Shown in pieces: positions 19,612 to 28,565 of a stretch of 64,000 nucleotides of DNA. The DNA is from Candidatus Terrybacteria bacterium RIFCSPHIGHO2_01_FULL_48_17 (GTDB taxonomy: Bacteria; Patescibacteriota; Minisyncoccia; Terrybacterales; 2-01-FULL-58-14), in NCBI GenBank assembly GCA_001822835.1, contig MHSS01000004.1, positions 7,186 through 71,185 of the forward strand, read 5' to 3'. Every line of letters starts with the position of its first letter. Within the stretch, counting starts at the first letter, position 1. Both the position numbers and the translations under genes were made by a program. The notes under the pieces are model-generated. The model was not told the DNA's origin. It ran no database searches and worked only from the letters and a program-made list of their open reading frames with translations.

Positions 19612-19640
19612 TATTGACCTCTACGGCGCCTCGCGGGATA
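19612..19640 (+). promoter_or_regulatory. TTGACC-17-GATAAT promoter heading a ~400-nt non-coding leader
   Basis: ttgacctctacggcgcctcgcgggataat. Confidence 0.45.
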
Positions 19641-19647
19641 ATAAAAT

Positions 19648-20040
19648 TAGTCCTTTCAACCAACACCCTTTTTCATGCGCTGGCTAACCCCGCGCTCTGG
19701 GTGTAATCCTTTAGCTGGCACCTTTTAACCAAAAAATCCCAATTTCGGGACCCATACGACGCGGGGCGTCATGATAACCCGACCCACAAGCAGGCCGATT
19801 CGGCCCATTCTATAACAATATAGGGGCGTCTGATCGGCCTCTTTTCTTTTTCTCACAACGAGTATCCGAGCTGATGAGAAAAAAGAACCCTGAACCGCGT
19901 TGAAGGGTTACCTTTTACACTTAGCGACGCCTGGTGTCACTGCATTTGTGCAAACAAGCTTGCGGTTTTTCACAAAATCCGCTATCGTTAACGCACGCAC
20001 TTTTGATTTATAAAGGGCTGATCAACGCTGGAGGTAAATG
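19648..20040 (+). ncRNA. candidate structured leader or small RNA (multiple GC stem-loops, internal stem + U-tract about 19790-19860)
   Basis: Hairpins GGCCGATTCGGCC and GACGCGGGGCGTC; stem GGCCGAT...ATCGGCC followed by TCTTTTCTTTTT; no ORF. Confidence 0.25.
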
Positions 20041-20042
20041 TA

Positions 20043-20402
20043 ATGAAAATATTCTTGATATGTCCGGTACGAGGAATTACGGAAGAAGAAAAAAACGTCA
20101 TCGAACAGTATGTTTTGAATTTGGAAGAGGCCGGCCATACAGTACACTGGCCTCCGCGCGATACCGACCAAAATGATTCTGTGGGATTGCGGATCTGTCA
20201 AGACAACCGCAAGGCGCTTGAAGAAGCGGAGGAAATTCATATTTGGTACAACGAAACATCGCAGGGCTCGCTTTTTGATCTTGGTATGGCGTTCGCCCTA
20301 AGAAAAAAGGTTGTCCTGATTAATCGGAAACGGGCCCGACGAACCCCTCACAAAAGCTTTATCAATGTACTCCTCGCCATCAATAGGACAAAACGCTATT
20401 AA
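20043..20402 (+). CDS. nucleoside 2-deoxyribosyltransferase-like (Rossmann-fold) small protein, uncertain
   Basis: MKIFLICPVRG N-terminus; terminator GCCGCCCCTCGGGCGGC downstream (20405-20430). Confidence 0.35.
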   Translation: MKIFLICPVRGITEEEKNVIEQYVLNLEEAGHTVHWPPRDTDQNDSVGLRICQDNRKALEEAEEIHIWYNETSQGSLFDLGMAFALRKKVVLINRKRARRTPHKSFINVLLAINRTKRY

Positions 20403-20501
20403 ACCGCCGCCCCTCGGGCGGCTTTGCTCTTATTGTGACTGCGAATCAAGAAATTGTTCTCATTGTTGCAAAATAAAGAAACATGTGCTTGAAAGTGTAG
20501 G

Positions 20502-22016
20502 ATGTCGGCAAAACTCTTTTCGTTTGCACCGCGCGGACTTGAAGCGCAACTGGTAACCGTTGAGGTGGATGCGGCCAAGGGGCTTCATCAATTTAAGATC
20601 GTGGGGCTTGCAGACAAAGCGGTTGAAGAGGCAAAAGAGCGGGTGACTGTCGCGCTCCGGCATGCCCACGCCAAACCGCCGCAAACATATAACCAGCGCG
20701 TGGTGGTAAACTTAGCCCCGGCAGACCTTAAAAAACAAGGAACGCATTTTGACCTTCCTATTGCGCTTGCGTTCTTACTCGCATCAGACCAACTTCAACC
20801 AAAAACGAAAAAACCGATTCTTGCTGCAGCAGAGCTTTCGCTCGACGGCGGTCTCCGAGCAGTGCCAGGCATTCTCCCTGCGGCGCTTCTTGCTAAAAAA
20901 CAAGGGGCGCTTTTACTCATCTCGGAAGCCAACCAAAAAGAAGCCGCGCTCGTTGAAGGTATAGAATTTTTGGCCACGCCCAATCTTACCAACATGCTCA
21001 AAGCGCTTGAGGGCGACGTGCCACCAGAGCAAGGATCGGGCATACCGGAAGATCTTCAAAAAACAGAAAGCGATTTTGATTTTTCCTTTATCGCAGGGCA
21101 AGCGCATGCCAAACGCGCTTTGGAAATTGCTGCAGCCGGCGCGCACAATCTGCTTTTATTCGGGCCTCCCGGATCCGGAAAAACGCTTTTGGTGCGAGCC
21201 CTTCCATCTATTTTGCCGCCACTCACCGCAGAGGAAACGCTCGAGATAACGTCGCTGTGGTCTCTTGCGGGACTGTTAAATCATGACCAGCCGCTCATGC
21301 GCGAGCGGCCATTCCGCAGCCCGCACCACTCCGCATCCCGCGCAGCGCTTATCGGCGGGGGATCGGGCACTGCCGGCCCGGGAGAGATTTCGCTTGCCCA
21401 TCGCGGGGTTTTGTTTTTGGACGAGTTCCCGGAGTTCCAGCGGCACGTGCTTGAAGCGCTGCGCCAGCCAATGGAGGACGGCATTGTGTCGGTTGCGCGG
21501 GCAGAAGGAACGTTTACGTATCCGGCGCGCTTCATGCTTATTGCATCTATGAACCCATGCCCCTGCGGGCATTTAGATGATCCCGAAATTGCCTGCAAGT
21601 GCTCGGCAGGGGAGATAGCGCGCTATCAAAAAAGGGTCTCCGGCCCCATGATGGATCGCATTGACCTTTTTGTGTCCATGCCCCGCATTCCCTACGAGGA
21701 GTTTCGCGGAGGAGAGGGGGCGGAACCGTCAGAAAAAGTACGCGAGCGCGTCGTTTGGGCGCGGGCGCGGCAAGAAAAAAGGCAACGCAAAACCAACGCA
21801 GAACTTTCCGCAAAAGATCTCAAAAAGTTTTCCGCGCTTCCGCCGGATGCCGAACAAATGCTTAAAAACGCTCACGACCGCATGCATTTGTCGCCGCGGG
21901 CAATACATCGAATCCTTAAAGTTTCTCGCACAATTGCCGATCTTGCGGGCGATGAAACCATTACCGCAGCTCACATCGCGGAGGCATTACAGTACCGGCA
22001 ACAAGAAAACGAATAA
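20502..22016 (+). CDS. comM: Mg-chelatase-like AAA+ ATPase YifB/ComM
   Basis: Lon-like N-domain, Walker A GPPGSGKT, Walker B LFLDEFPEF, C-terminal Mg_chelatase_C. Confidence 0.9.
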   Translation: MSAKLFSFAPRGLEAQLVTVEVDAAKGLHQFKIVGLADKAVEEAKERVTVALRHAHAKPPQTYNQRVVVNLAPADLKKQGTHFDLPIALAFLLASDQLQPKTKKPILAAAELSLDGGLRAVPGILPAALLAKKQGALLLISEANQKEAALVEGIEFLATPNLTNMLKALEGDVPPEQGSGIPEDLQKTESDFDFSFIAGQAHAKRALEIAAAGAHNLLLFGPPGSGKTLLVRALPSILPPLTAEETLEITSLWSLAGLLNHDQPLMRERPFRSPHHSASRAALIGGGSGTAGPGEISLAHRGVLFLDEFPEFQRHVLEALRQPMEDGIVSVARAEGTFTYPARFMLIASMNPCPCGHLDDPEIACKCSAGEIARYQKRVSGPMMDRIDLFVSMPRIPYEEFRGGEGAEPSEKVRERVVWARARQEKRQRKTNAELSAKDLKKFSALPPDAEQMLKNAHDRMHLSPRAIHRILKVSRTIADLAGDETITAAHIAEALQYRQQENE

Positions 22017-22054
22017 GGGGGATGGGACGCGGAGAAAAACGGGGGTTAGCAAAA

Positions 22055-22077
22055 CTATCGGGGTCGGACCCCGATAG
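22055..22077. other. 23-bp palindrome CTATCGGGGTCGGACCCCGATAG (one central mismatch) followed by a second hairpin GCCAGCGGTGAAACTGGC
   Basis: read directly; terminator and/or protein-binding site. Confidence 0.5.
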
Positions 22078-22138
22078 TAATATAAAAAGCCAGCGGTGAA
22101 ACTGGCGTTAGTTATTGCGAGAGCGTGAGACCTATTGC

Positions 22139-22462
22139 TTATTCTCTGAAAGAATGAACGCTAAGCCGGTCTTGGTCGCGGCGACGCATGCTTTCAATAA
22201 TCTCTTTGCCGCGTATTCCTTCCTGAAGCTGCAGGAACTCGCCATGCGTAATCCAATGACATTTATTGCCAACGCATCGCAAGTAAAGCATCGGCGGCAT
22301 AACGCTTCCCGTAATTTCTTGCATCCGCGCCTGACACAACGGGCATTGCATTTCAATTCTCCTGTCGCGGACTCTTTGACGCTCTAGCGCCGTTTTCAAT
22401 CTTCTAATCCTAGAATAGCACATACCAATAAAAAAGCAATGGTTCGACAAAAAAAGAAACAC
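22139..22462 (-). CDS. small zinc-ribbon protein (CPLC...CVGNKC), start uncertain
   Basis: Cys4 pattern; overlaps an alternative ORF. Confidence 0.3.
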   Translation of the reverse strand: MFLFLSNHCFFIGMCYSRIRRLKTALERQRVRDRRIEMQCPLCQARMQEITGSVMPPMLYLRCVGNKCHWITHGEFLQLQEGIRGKEIIESMRRRDQDRLSVHSFRE

Positions 22463-22499
22463 CGCCCAGAAGAAATCGTGGGGCGGTGTAAAAATGCGA

Positions 22500-22898
22500 T
22501 CATGTTTTGTGAATCGTGTGGTAACCTTCGTGCAACAAAACGAGCCATTTGATATGATCCGGCAATTCCTGCCAAACCAGGGTATTGATACAAATTATGA
22601 ATAGATAAGGAACACCCCAAAAGTACGGGAAATACGTATGCACATGAATGGGCCCCGCGCGAGTTCCATCGATGCCCGCCCCTCCAACCAGAAAGGGAAG
22701 ATAGAGCGCTCTGCCAAGACGGGTTTGGAGTTCGCACGAAAGCGCAGCAAGATCAAAACCCGCCATATGAAAGATTCTCGCAGCATACCAATCCGCTTCC
22801 CATTCAGCAGGATTTTCGGAATGGGGAACGTCTGCAAAATACCGGGGCGAGCAGTCGCCGAGAAATTGAATAGCCAAAGGAAGTTTAGGTAGTATCAA
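22500..22898 (-). CDS. hypothetical protein with C-terminal HExxH (LHEGYH) motif, possible small metallopeptidase
   Basis: motif only. Confidence 0.3.
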   Translation of the reverse strand: MILPKLPLAIQFLGDCSPRYFADVPHSENPAEWEADWYAARIFHMAGFDLAALSCELQTRLGRALYLPFLVGGAGIDGTRAGPIHVHTYFPYFWGVPYLFIICINTLVWQELPDHIKWLVLLHEGYHTIHKT

Positions 22899-23042
22899 CT
22901 CTATTGCCTCATTTCTTAAAGATCAATTACGATAAAAGTAATATACCACATTTGTACCAAAAAGCAATGCCTTAAATTCTTACCACAAATCCCCGTATAG
23001 ACGGGGCTTCTGTACCCTATACCCTAAACTCTGTTACCCGAA

Positions 23043-24260
23043 CTAAAATGGATTTCTGTCTCCGTGTACCTCAAAATGTACGTGGCATCCGGTTGAGCGT
23101 CCGGCTTGCGCCCCTTGTAGCGAGCGCGAACCGCCCATTTGAGCAATAACATTTCCTTTGCCGACCTGTTGGCCTTTGGTCACATAAATCTGCAGCAAAT
23201 GCGCGTACAAGGTCTCTGTGCCGTTGGGGTGGGAAATAACAATCACGTTTCCAAACCCGCCGTTCCATCCATATTCAGCCCTCGTTACGACGCCGTCCGC
23301 TGAAGCGAAAATCGGGGTGCCGCAATTATTCGCCATATCAACCCCAAAGTGATATGAGGTAATGCCGCGGCTGCGCCGATACCCTGGGGACGTCGGGAGT
23401 CCGTAATACCCATTTGATGGGGGAGCGGAAGCAGATAATGCTCCACCAACCACGCGTGGTCGCGCCGCAGCTGGGGGAGCTGGCGGCGGCGGAACCTCAC
23501 CACCCACAAAGAAAATCTCGTCACCCATAGCTAATGTACCATCCGCCGGCAGGCCATTGAATTGAATCACCTTTTCGGAATCCGCATTAAATTTTTTGGC
23601 AAGCGCAGCAAGCGTCTCGCCCTGCTTCACCTGATACAGCACCCCGTCAGCCGGAGGAATGCGCAGCACATCTCCTGGCCGCAAAAAATCAAAATTTTTC
23701 AAATGGGAATTGGCCCACACCACCGAAGACATGCTGACACCATATTGTGAGGCAACTTCAGAAAGCGTGTCTCCTGTTTTCACTACATATTCGCTCGCAG
23801 CCCGGGAGCTTCGACGCCCTGCATCGACGGGTGAGGGAGAAGGGTAGGCATCTAACACGCCGTCAAGAGGCAAAACGACATTTGTCCAATCTTCATCTTG
23901 CGGCTGTACTGGTCCGCCAACTGCCAATACCACCGAAACCGCAGCAGGGGAAATCGTCGGACGTTCCGCAACCACAAAAACTTCGGCATCCTCGTTTTGT
24001 GAAGCAAAAAACGCGTCGAAAGATACAACATCCCCCGCCGCCTGAAACGCCACTCCCAACACCAAAAAGACCACAACCCCAAGGGTGGGGTTTCGCCCAA
24101 ACACGTAACTAAGTTGCCTCAGCCGCCGCCACCGTTTTCTGTCCGGAAGCTCTTCTATTGAGGAGCCCTTTTCCGGGTAAAATCCCATAGCAAAACGCCG
24201 CTTATCACGGCGCACACCAAATCTAGCAAATTTATCCGCCGTGTCAAGCTGGATGTCCAC
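23043..24260 (-). CDS. membrane-anchored LysM(x2)-M23 peptidoglycan endopeptidase
   Basis: two LysM (YVVKTGDTLSEVA; YQVKQGETLAALA), M23 core HFGVDMA...GCHVHFEV; terminator CCCCGT-ATAG-ACGGGG at 22995-23010. Confidence 0.85.
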   Translation of the reverse strand: MDIQLDTADKFARFGVRRDKRRFAMGFYPEKGSSIEELPDRKRWRRLRQLSYVFGRNPTLGVVVFLVLGVAFQAAGDVVSFDAFFASQNEDAEVFVVAERPTISPAAVSVVLAVGGPVQPQDEDWTNVVLPLDGVLDAYPSPSPVDAGRRSSRAASEYVVKTGDTLSEVASQYGVSMSSVVWANSHLKNFDFLRPGDVLRIPPADGVLYQVKQGETLAALAKKFNADSEKVIQFNGLPADGTLAMGDEIFFVGGEVPPPPAPPAAARPRVVGGALSASAPPSNGYYGLPTSPGYRRSRGITSYHFGVDMANNCGTPIFASADGVVTRAEYGWNGGFGNVIVISHPNGTETLYAHLLQIYVTKGQQVGKGNVIAQMGGSRSLQGAQAGRSTGCHVHFEVHGDRNPF

Positions 24261-24343
24261 ACAATAAAAACCCTTATTTTACCTCAAAAACATTGTCCGT
24301 ACCTCGCAAAAAGCCGGTTCCGTGCTAGGGTAACGGGGACGGT

Positions 24344-25252
24344 ATGAAAGAATATATATTTCGAGTCATTCTGCTTGGGACGCTAGTGTGTGCAACTCTG
24401 GTGGTTTCTGGCGTTGCTTCAAGCAAAGAGCCGGGGATCCGCCAGCCTATCGTCACGCTACAGGTTGCGGGCATCTCCTACGTCGTGGACGCGAAGACCT
24501 CAATGCAGGAACTCGGTCTTTCCGACGCTGAGCCGCAATCAGAGATAAAACCAACCAATGGTTTGGTTATCGTATCGCTCCCCAAACGGAATGTAAGCAT
24601 TGTTCACGACGGCACGAAGGAAAGCGTTGCGCTATCAGGAGAGCTTGTTGGCCAGGCGCCCAATGAAGCGGGTCTTGCGCTTGGGCCCCTTGACCGAACC
24701 GTACCTAGCGCCGATACCCCGCTCACTGCAGACATGACTATTGAAATTGTGCGCGTTTCACAGGAGGAACGGACCGAACAAACACCAATCCCGTTTCAAG
24801 TTACGGCTCACAATAATCCCGACATGCTCTGGGGAACAAAAAAAATTGTCCAAAAGGGAGCCAAAGGCGTGCGAGAAGAACGGGTGCTTGTTTTGGCGGA
24901 AAACGGAGAGACCGTCGAACGCACCGTGCTTTCTTCGCAAACCATAACCCCACCCAAAGAACAAATCGAAGAAGTGGGAACAAAAATTATAGTAGGAAAA
25001 ACCGTTGAAGGTATCGGCTCGTGGTATTCTTTCCGAAAAGGAATGTTTGCCGCCTCAACGATTTTTCCGCGCGGGACATTTCTACGCGTCACCAACTTGG
25101 AAAATGGTAAACGGGTTCTTGTCCAGGTCAACGATTATGGCCCCACTACCCCTGGCCGCGTCATCGATCTTGAGGCCGCCGCCTTCATGGCCTTGGGAAA
25201 ACCTTTGTGGCAGGGGTTGATGCGAGTAAGAGTAGAAGAAATCTTACAATGA
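24344..25252 (+). CDS. G5 + 3D/RlpA-like (double-psi beta-barrel) cell-wall protein
   Basis: N-terminal TM; C-terminal GIGSWYS...RVLVQVNDYGP...RVIDLEAAAF. Confidence 0.65.
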   Translation: MKEYIFRVILLGTLVCATLVVSGVASSKEPGIRQPIVTLQVAGISYVVDAKTSMQELGLSDAEPQSEIKPTNGLVIVSLPKRNVSIVHDGTKESVALSGELVGQAPNEAGLALGPLDRTVPSADTPLTADMTIEIVRVSQEERTEQTPIPFQVTAHNNPDMLWGTKKIVQKGAKGVREERVLVLAENGETVERTVLSSQTITPPKEQIEEVGTKIIVGKTVEGIGSWYSFRKGMFAASTIFPRGTFLRVTNLENGKRVLVQVNDYGPTTPGRVIDLEAAAFMALGKPLWQGLMRVRVEEILQ

Positions 25253-25340
25253 ATTTCTGCAAGTTTCTATAAATTTCGCGAAGCAAATTTCTTCACATAA
25301 GAAACACATCGAAGCACGTAGAAATTCATAGAAATTTGTT
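25253..25340. promoter_or_regulatory. AT-rich region with forward and inverted copies of the motif A(A/G)TTTCTAT(A/G)A(A/G)TTTC upstream of ksgA and the T4SS-like cluster
   Basis: aagtttctataaatttcgcgaagcaaat (25261-25288) and inverted copy about 25318-25340; about 85% identical to the element at 38644-38686. Confidence 0.5.
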
Positions 25341-26169
25341 GTGTATGGAGTTAGCCTCAAGAATATCTGTTCAGCGGCTTTTGAAACAATACGGTATAAA
25401 ACCGCGCAAGGCGCTTGGGCAAAATTTTTTGGTATCGGCCGTTACGCGAAATAAACTGGTGGGGGCTGCATATATAAAGGAAAACGACACGGTGATTGAA
25501 ATCGGAGCAGGGCTTGGCGCGGTTACTCAAGAACTTGCCCGTCGCGCCAAAAAAGTCGTTGCGATTGAGCGCGACGAGAACCTCTGTGTTATCCTGGAGA
25601 ACCTTTTTAAGAACACGCCAAACGTCGAAATCGTCTGCGAAGACGCGCTGAAACAGCTACCAGTAATCAGTAATCAGCTACCAGTTTATAAGGTGATCGG
25701 AAACATTCCTTATAAAATCACAGGCCCGCTAGTGCGAACATTGGTAGATTCAACGCAGCCGCCGCAAAAAATCGTTTTTATGGTGCAAAAAGAGGTGGGG
25801 GAGCGCATATGCGCCAAACCGCCCCATATGAGCTTATTGGCTCTTGCGGCCCAGCATGCTGCGCGCACTTCCTATATATACACAGTTGGGAGGCGTAATT
25901 TTTACCCCCATCCAGCAGTTGATAGCGCTATTATTGCCATTACGCCCAAAAAACACGACCAAAACCAAGACGAAGGCCTTTTTATGGTTGCAAAAACGGC
26001 TTTTCGGTCTCCCCGCAAACAAATTTTGGGCGCACTTTCACGGAATCTCGGTAAAAGCCGGATGGAGGTGGAAAAAATTCTCTCCTTGTGCAAGATTTCG
26101 TCTTCCTCGCGCCCGCAAGAACTCTCTGTTGAACAATGGCATTGCCTTGCTGAAAAGCTTATACGATAA
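25336..26169 (+). CDS. rsmA: 16S rRNA (adenine1518/1519-N6)-dimethyltransferase
   Basis: GQNFL, IEIGAGLGAVT SAM motif, GNIPYKIT; contains the heptamer-encoded segment at 25655-25690 (CAGTAAT repeats). Confidence 0.9.
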   Translation: MLCMELASRISVQRLLKQYGIKPRKALGQNFLVSAVTRNKLVGAAYIKENDTVIEIGAGLGAVTQELARRAKKVVAIERDENLCVILENLFKNTPNVEIVCEDALKQLPVISNQLPVYKVIGNIPYKITGPLVRTLVDSTQPPQKIVFMVQKEVGERICAKPPHMSLLALAAQHAARTSYIYTVGRRNFYPHPAVDSAIIAITPKKHDQNQDEGLFMVAKTAFRSPRKQILGALSRNLGKSRMEVEKILSLCKISSSSRPQELSVEQWHCLAEKLIR

Positions 26170-26190
26170 TAGGGATGAGAAAAGAACCGC

Positions 26191-28560
26191 ATGGTATCAT
26201 CACGCACTACGGCTATTGTATTAACAGGGGCGACGCTCGTCGTAGTGGTTTTCTTTTTCTTTTTCTCCCCCCGAACTTACACAGCAACGGCGACCGGAAC
26301 CCCCACGGGCCAATCCTTAACAACCGGAAACCCCTTGCTCGACACGGAACACTTCTTGCGTTCGACAATGTTTTCGGGGCTGCTTCCAAAAATTAACGAG
26401 CCGCATCGTGGCACATTCGGTGTCTCGCTCGGGGTTGAGCTTGGAGAAGATTGCGGCGGTGGAACGGAAACAACAGAAGGTGTTGGTCCTGTGTTTGATG
26501 GCGTTTCAGGCTGTAACGCCTGCCAACAAATTGCGCAATGTATCGGCAGTAAAACAGGCCACCAAGACCCCGCGTATCTATGGGATTCAACCACACAAAT
26601 CTGCGGCGTTGGCATCGAAACAGATGGGAGTACGGCAAATAGCTGTAAAGCGGGCGACGCATGCCTTGGAGTACCTATAATAGGTGGCTTCGACAGAGTA
26701 AAAGACGATGCAATAGCCATGGTGCTGAATGCAGAAACGCTTTTCCCCCGAAGTGCCGCCCCAGCAAAACTCTTACTCGCTTACACCTATGCGGTAAGCA
26801 AATGGAATCCTTTTGAAGGAGAGGGGCTTTATCCAACTGATCTGTGTGCTGCAGATAAAACGGCGTTGGAAGGATCAACTTTGTGCGGAGATCCGTTCGT
26901 AGACGGCGAGACAAAAACAATGGACATAGATGGCGACCTGGTAGCGGACGGCAAAGCGTGTCTTGCAATGCCGATTTCCAAAGATCCTGACGGCGCTGGC
27001 GCCCTATGCGGCGGGCGAATTGGAATTTCGCAAGTGCTTCCCACCATTTACGAAACCAACGGATTTCTTATCGGAACACTTACCGGAGATCCTCACCCAA
27101 ACCCGTGGAGCCAGCGCGACGGCCTCGGCGTTGCCGAATCACTCTTATCACTCAACGCATCGCTTTTTGATGAACCAACGTGTAACGCCGCGTGCGTTGC
27201 CGGGGGAAGGAGTATCGATACGTGCCTTACAGTATGCGCAACCGAAAAGGAGCGTTGTGCCATTCTTGACTCATTTTATGGGCCAGGTACCTGTCTTGCG
27301 CCGACGGCCGAACAAAAAATATTCGCCGATACAGTACAGCAATTTGAACCCGTTATGGAAAGCTTGCTCACCACGGGCGCATGTCCTGGCGCGGGAAGCT
27401 GTCAAGATATTCCCGGCTTCGACCGCTTCAATGAACTACGCGCCCTTGTTGACGAAATGGTACCTAAAGTAAAAACGCTATACGGATATGTAGTACGTCC
27501 CGAATACGTCCTTGCGGTTATGAAAATCGAATCGGGATGGAACCCCACGCTTAACCCCCTCCTGCGGTACTACTATACTCACAGCCCATTTACGGGCGGA
27601 CTGCTCTTAGGACAACTTCCGGCTTTCCAGGAGATATGTTCGGACCCAACCACAAGGGCTGAGGTTGAAGCGCAATACGGGGTTGAATTCGGAAAATGCG
27701 AAGATATGCCGGTATCTTCGGCCGGGGCAATGGGAATTGCCCAAGCCATGCCAACTACTTGGAGGGGCGTATTGCAACAAACCAATAACTTAAAGGATCT
27801 TACGGGAGACAATTATGATAATCCCTGGAACGACAGGCACGCAGTTGCTTTCGCAACATATTTCCTCGGCCAAAAGGTGGACGGCTGCGGCAGCGAAGAA
27901 AAAGCATCAGGCGCTTATTATTCCGTTGGCTGCACCGCACCCAATGAACATTACGAACGGGTAAAAACCGTTCTTCCTCTCATCGAAGACCTGTACGCCC
28001 AGGCGTGTTCTGTGCCCGGAGGAGATGGCTGTCCTCTCGTTATGCCGCCGTTTCCGCCAACGCCACCCACAACCGGCTGCTTACAACTCACCAGCGATTT
28101 CTGTCCCGCTGGCGGCTGTTTCTGTTATGCGGGAATTCACGAAGGCGTGGACATCGTAGGCGTTCGGGGGGAGCAGATCTATGCGCCGTTTGACGGAAGC
28201 GTTATAGATGTGATCGATGGTTGTATAGAAGGCGATGGAACATGCGGCGGAGGATGGGGAAACCACCTTGTGGTCAAACAGGACGCCACAAACTTCCATA
28301 TACTTTACGCGCACCTACAAGATATTCTGGTGCTTCCGGGAGAACACGTTACAAAAGGAAGGGTGCTTGGGCACGTGGACAATACCGGCCGTTCGGGTGG
28401 CGACCACCTCCATTTTGAAGTTAATACGAACGCAAATCCGCGAACTGACGACGTAGGCAAAGACGATCCAAGAAAATACTTTACCTGTATTCCTAAAGAG
28501 CCGACGTGTAAAGATTCCACCAAAGATGAATTTTGTCCGCCGACTGGAGAAACAAAATAA
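26191..28560 (+). CDS. Cys-rich secreted cell-wall hydrolase with lytic-transglycosylase-like (ESGWNP...GIAQAMP) and C-terminal M23 domains; VirB1-like by position
   Basis: N-terminal TM; M23 motif HEGVDIVG...GDHLHFEV; first gene of a 12-gene same-strand cluster. Confidence 0.7.
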   Translation: MVSSRTTAIVLTGATLVVVVFFFFFSPRTYTATATGTPTGQSLTTGNPLLDTEHFLRSTMFSGLLPKINEPHRGTFGVSLGVELGEDCGGGTETTEGVGPVFDGVSGCNACQQIAQCIGSKTGHQDPAYLWDSTTQICGVGIETDGSTANSCKAGDACLGVPIIGGFDRVKDDAIAMVLNAETLFPRSAAPAKLLLAYTYAVSKWNPFEGEGLYPTDLCAADKTALEGSTLCGDPFVDGETKTMDIDGDLVADGKACLAMPISKDPDGAGALCGGRIGISQVLPTIYETNGFLIGTLTGDPHPNPWSQRDGLGVAESLLSLNASLFDEPTCNAACVAGGRSIDTCLTVCATEKERCAILDSFYGPGTCLAPTAEQKIFADTVQQFEPVMESLLTTGACPGAGSCQDIPGFDRFNELRALVDEMVPKVKTLYGYVVRPEYVLAVMKIESGWNPTLNPLLRYYYTHSPFTGGLLLGQLPAFQEICSDPTTRAEVEAQYGVEFGKCEDMPVSSAGAMGIAQAMPTTWRGVLQQTNNLKDLTGDNYDNPWNDRHAVAFATYFLGQKVDGCGSEEKASGAYYSVGCTAPNEHYERVKTVLPLIEDLYAQACSVPGGDGCPLVMPPFPPTPPTTGCLQLTSDFCPAGGCFCYAGIHEGVDIVGVRGEQIYAPFDGSVIDVIDGCIEGDGTCGGGWGNHLVVKQDATNFHILYAHLQDILVLPGEHVTKGRVLGHVDNTGRSGGDHLHFEVNTNANPRTDDVGKDDPRKYFTCIPKEPTCKDSTKDEFCPPTGETK

Positions 28561-28565
28561 AATAT

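Noticed and set aside
19880-19960. CUGAUGAG...GAA string suggesting a hammerhead ribozyme
   Set aside because: Stem II, the CGAAAC and a GUH cleavage site could not be assembled from the neighbouring sequence.
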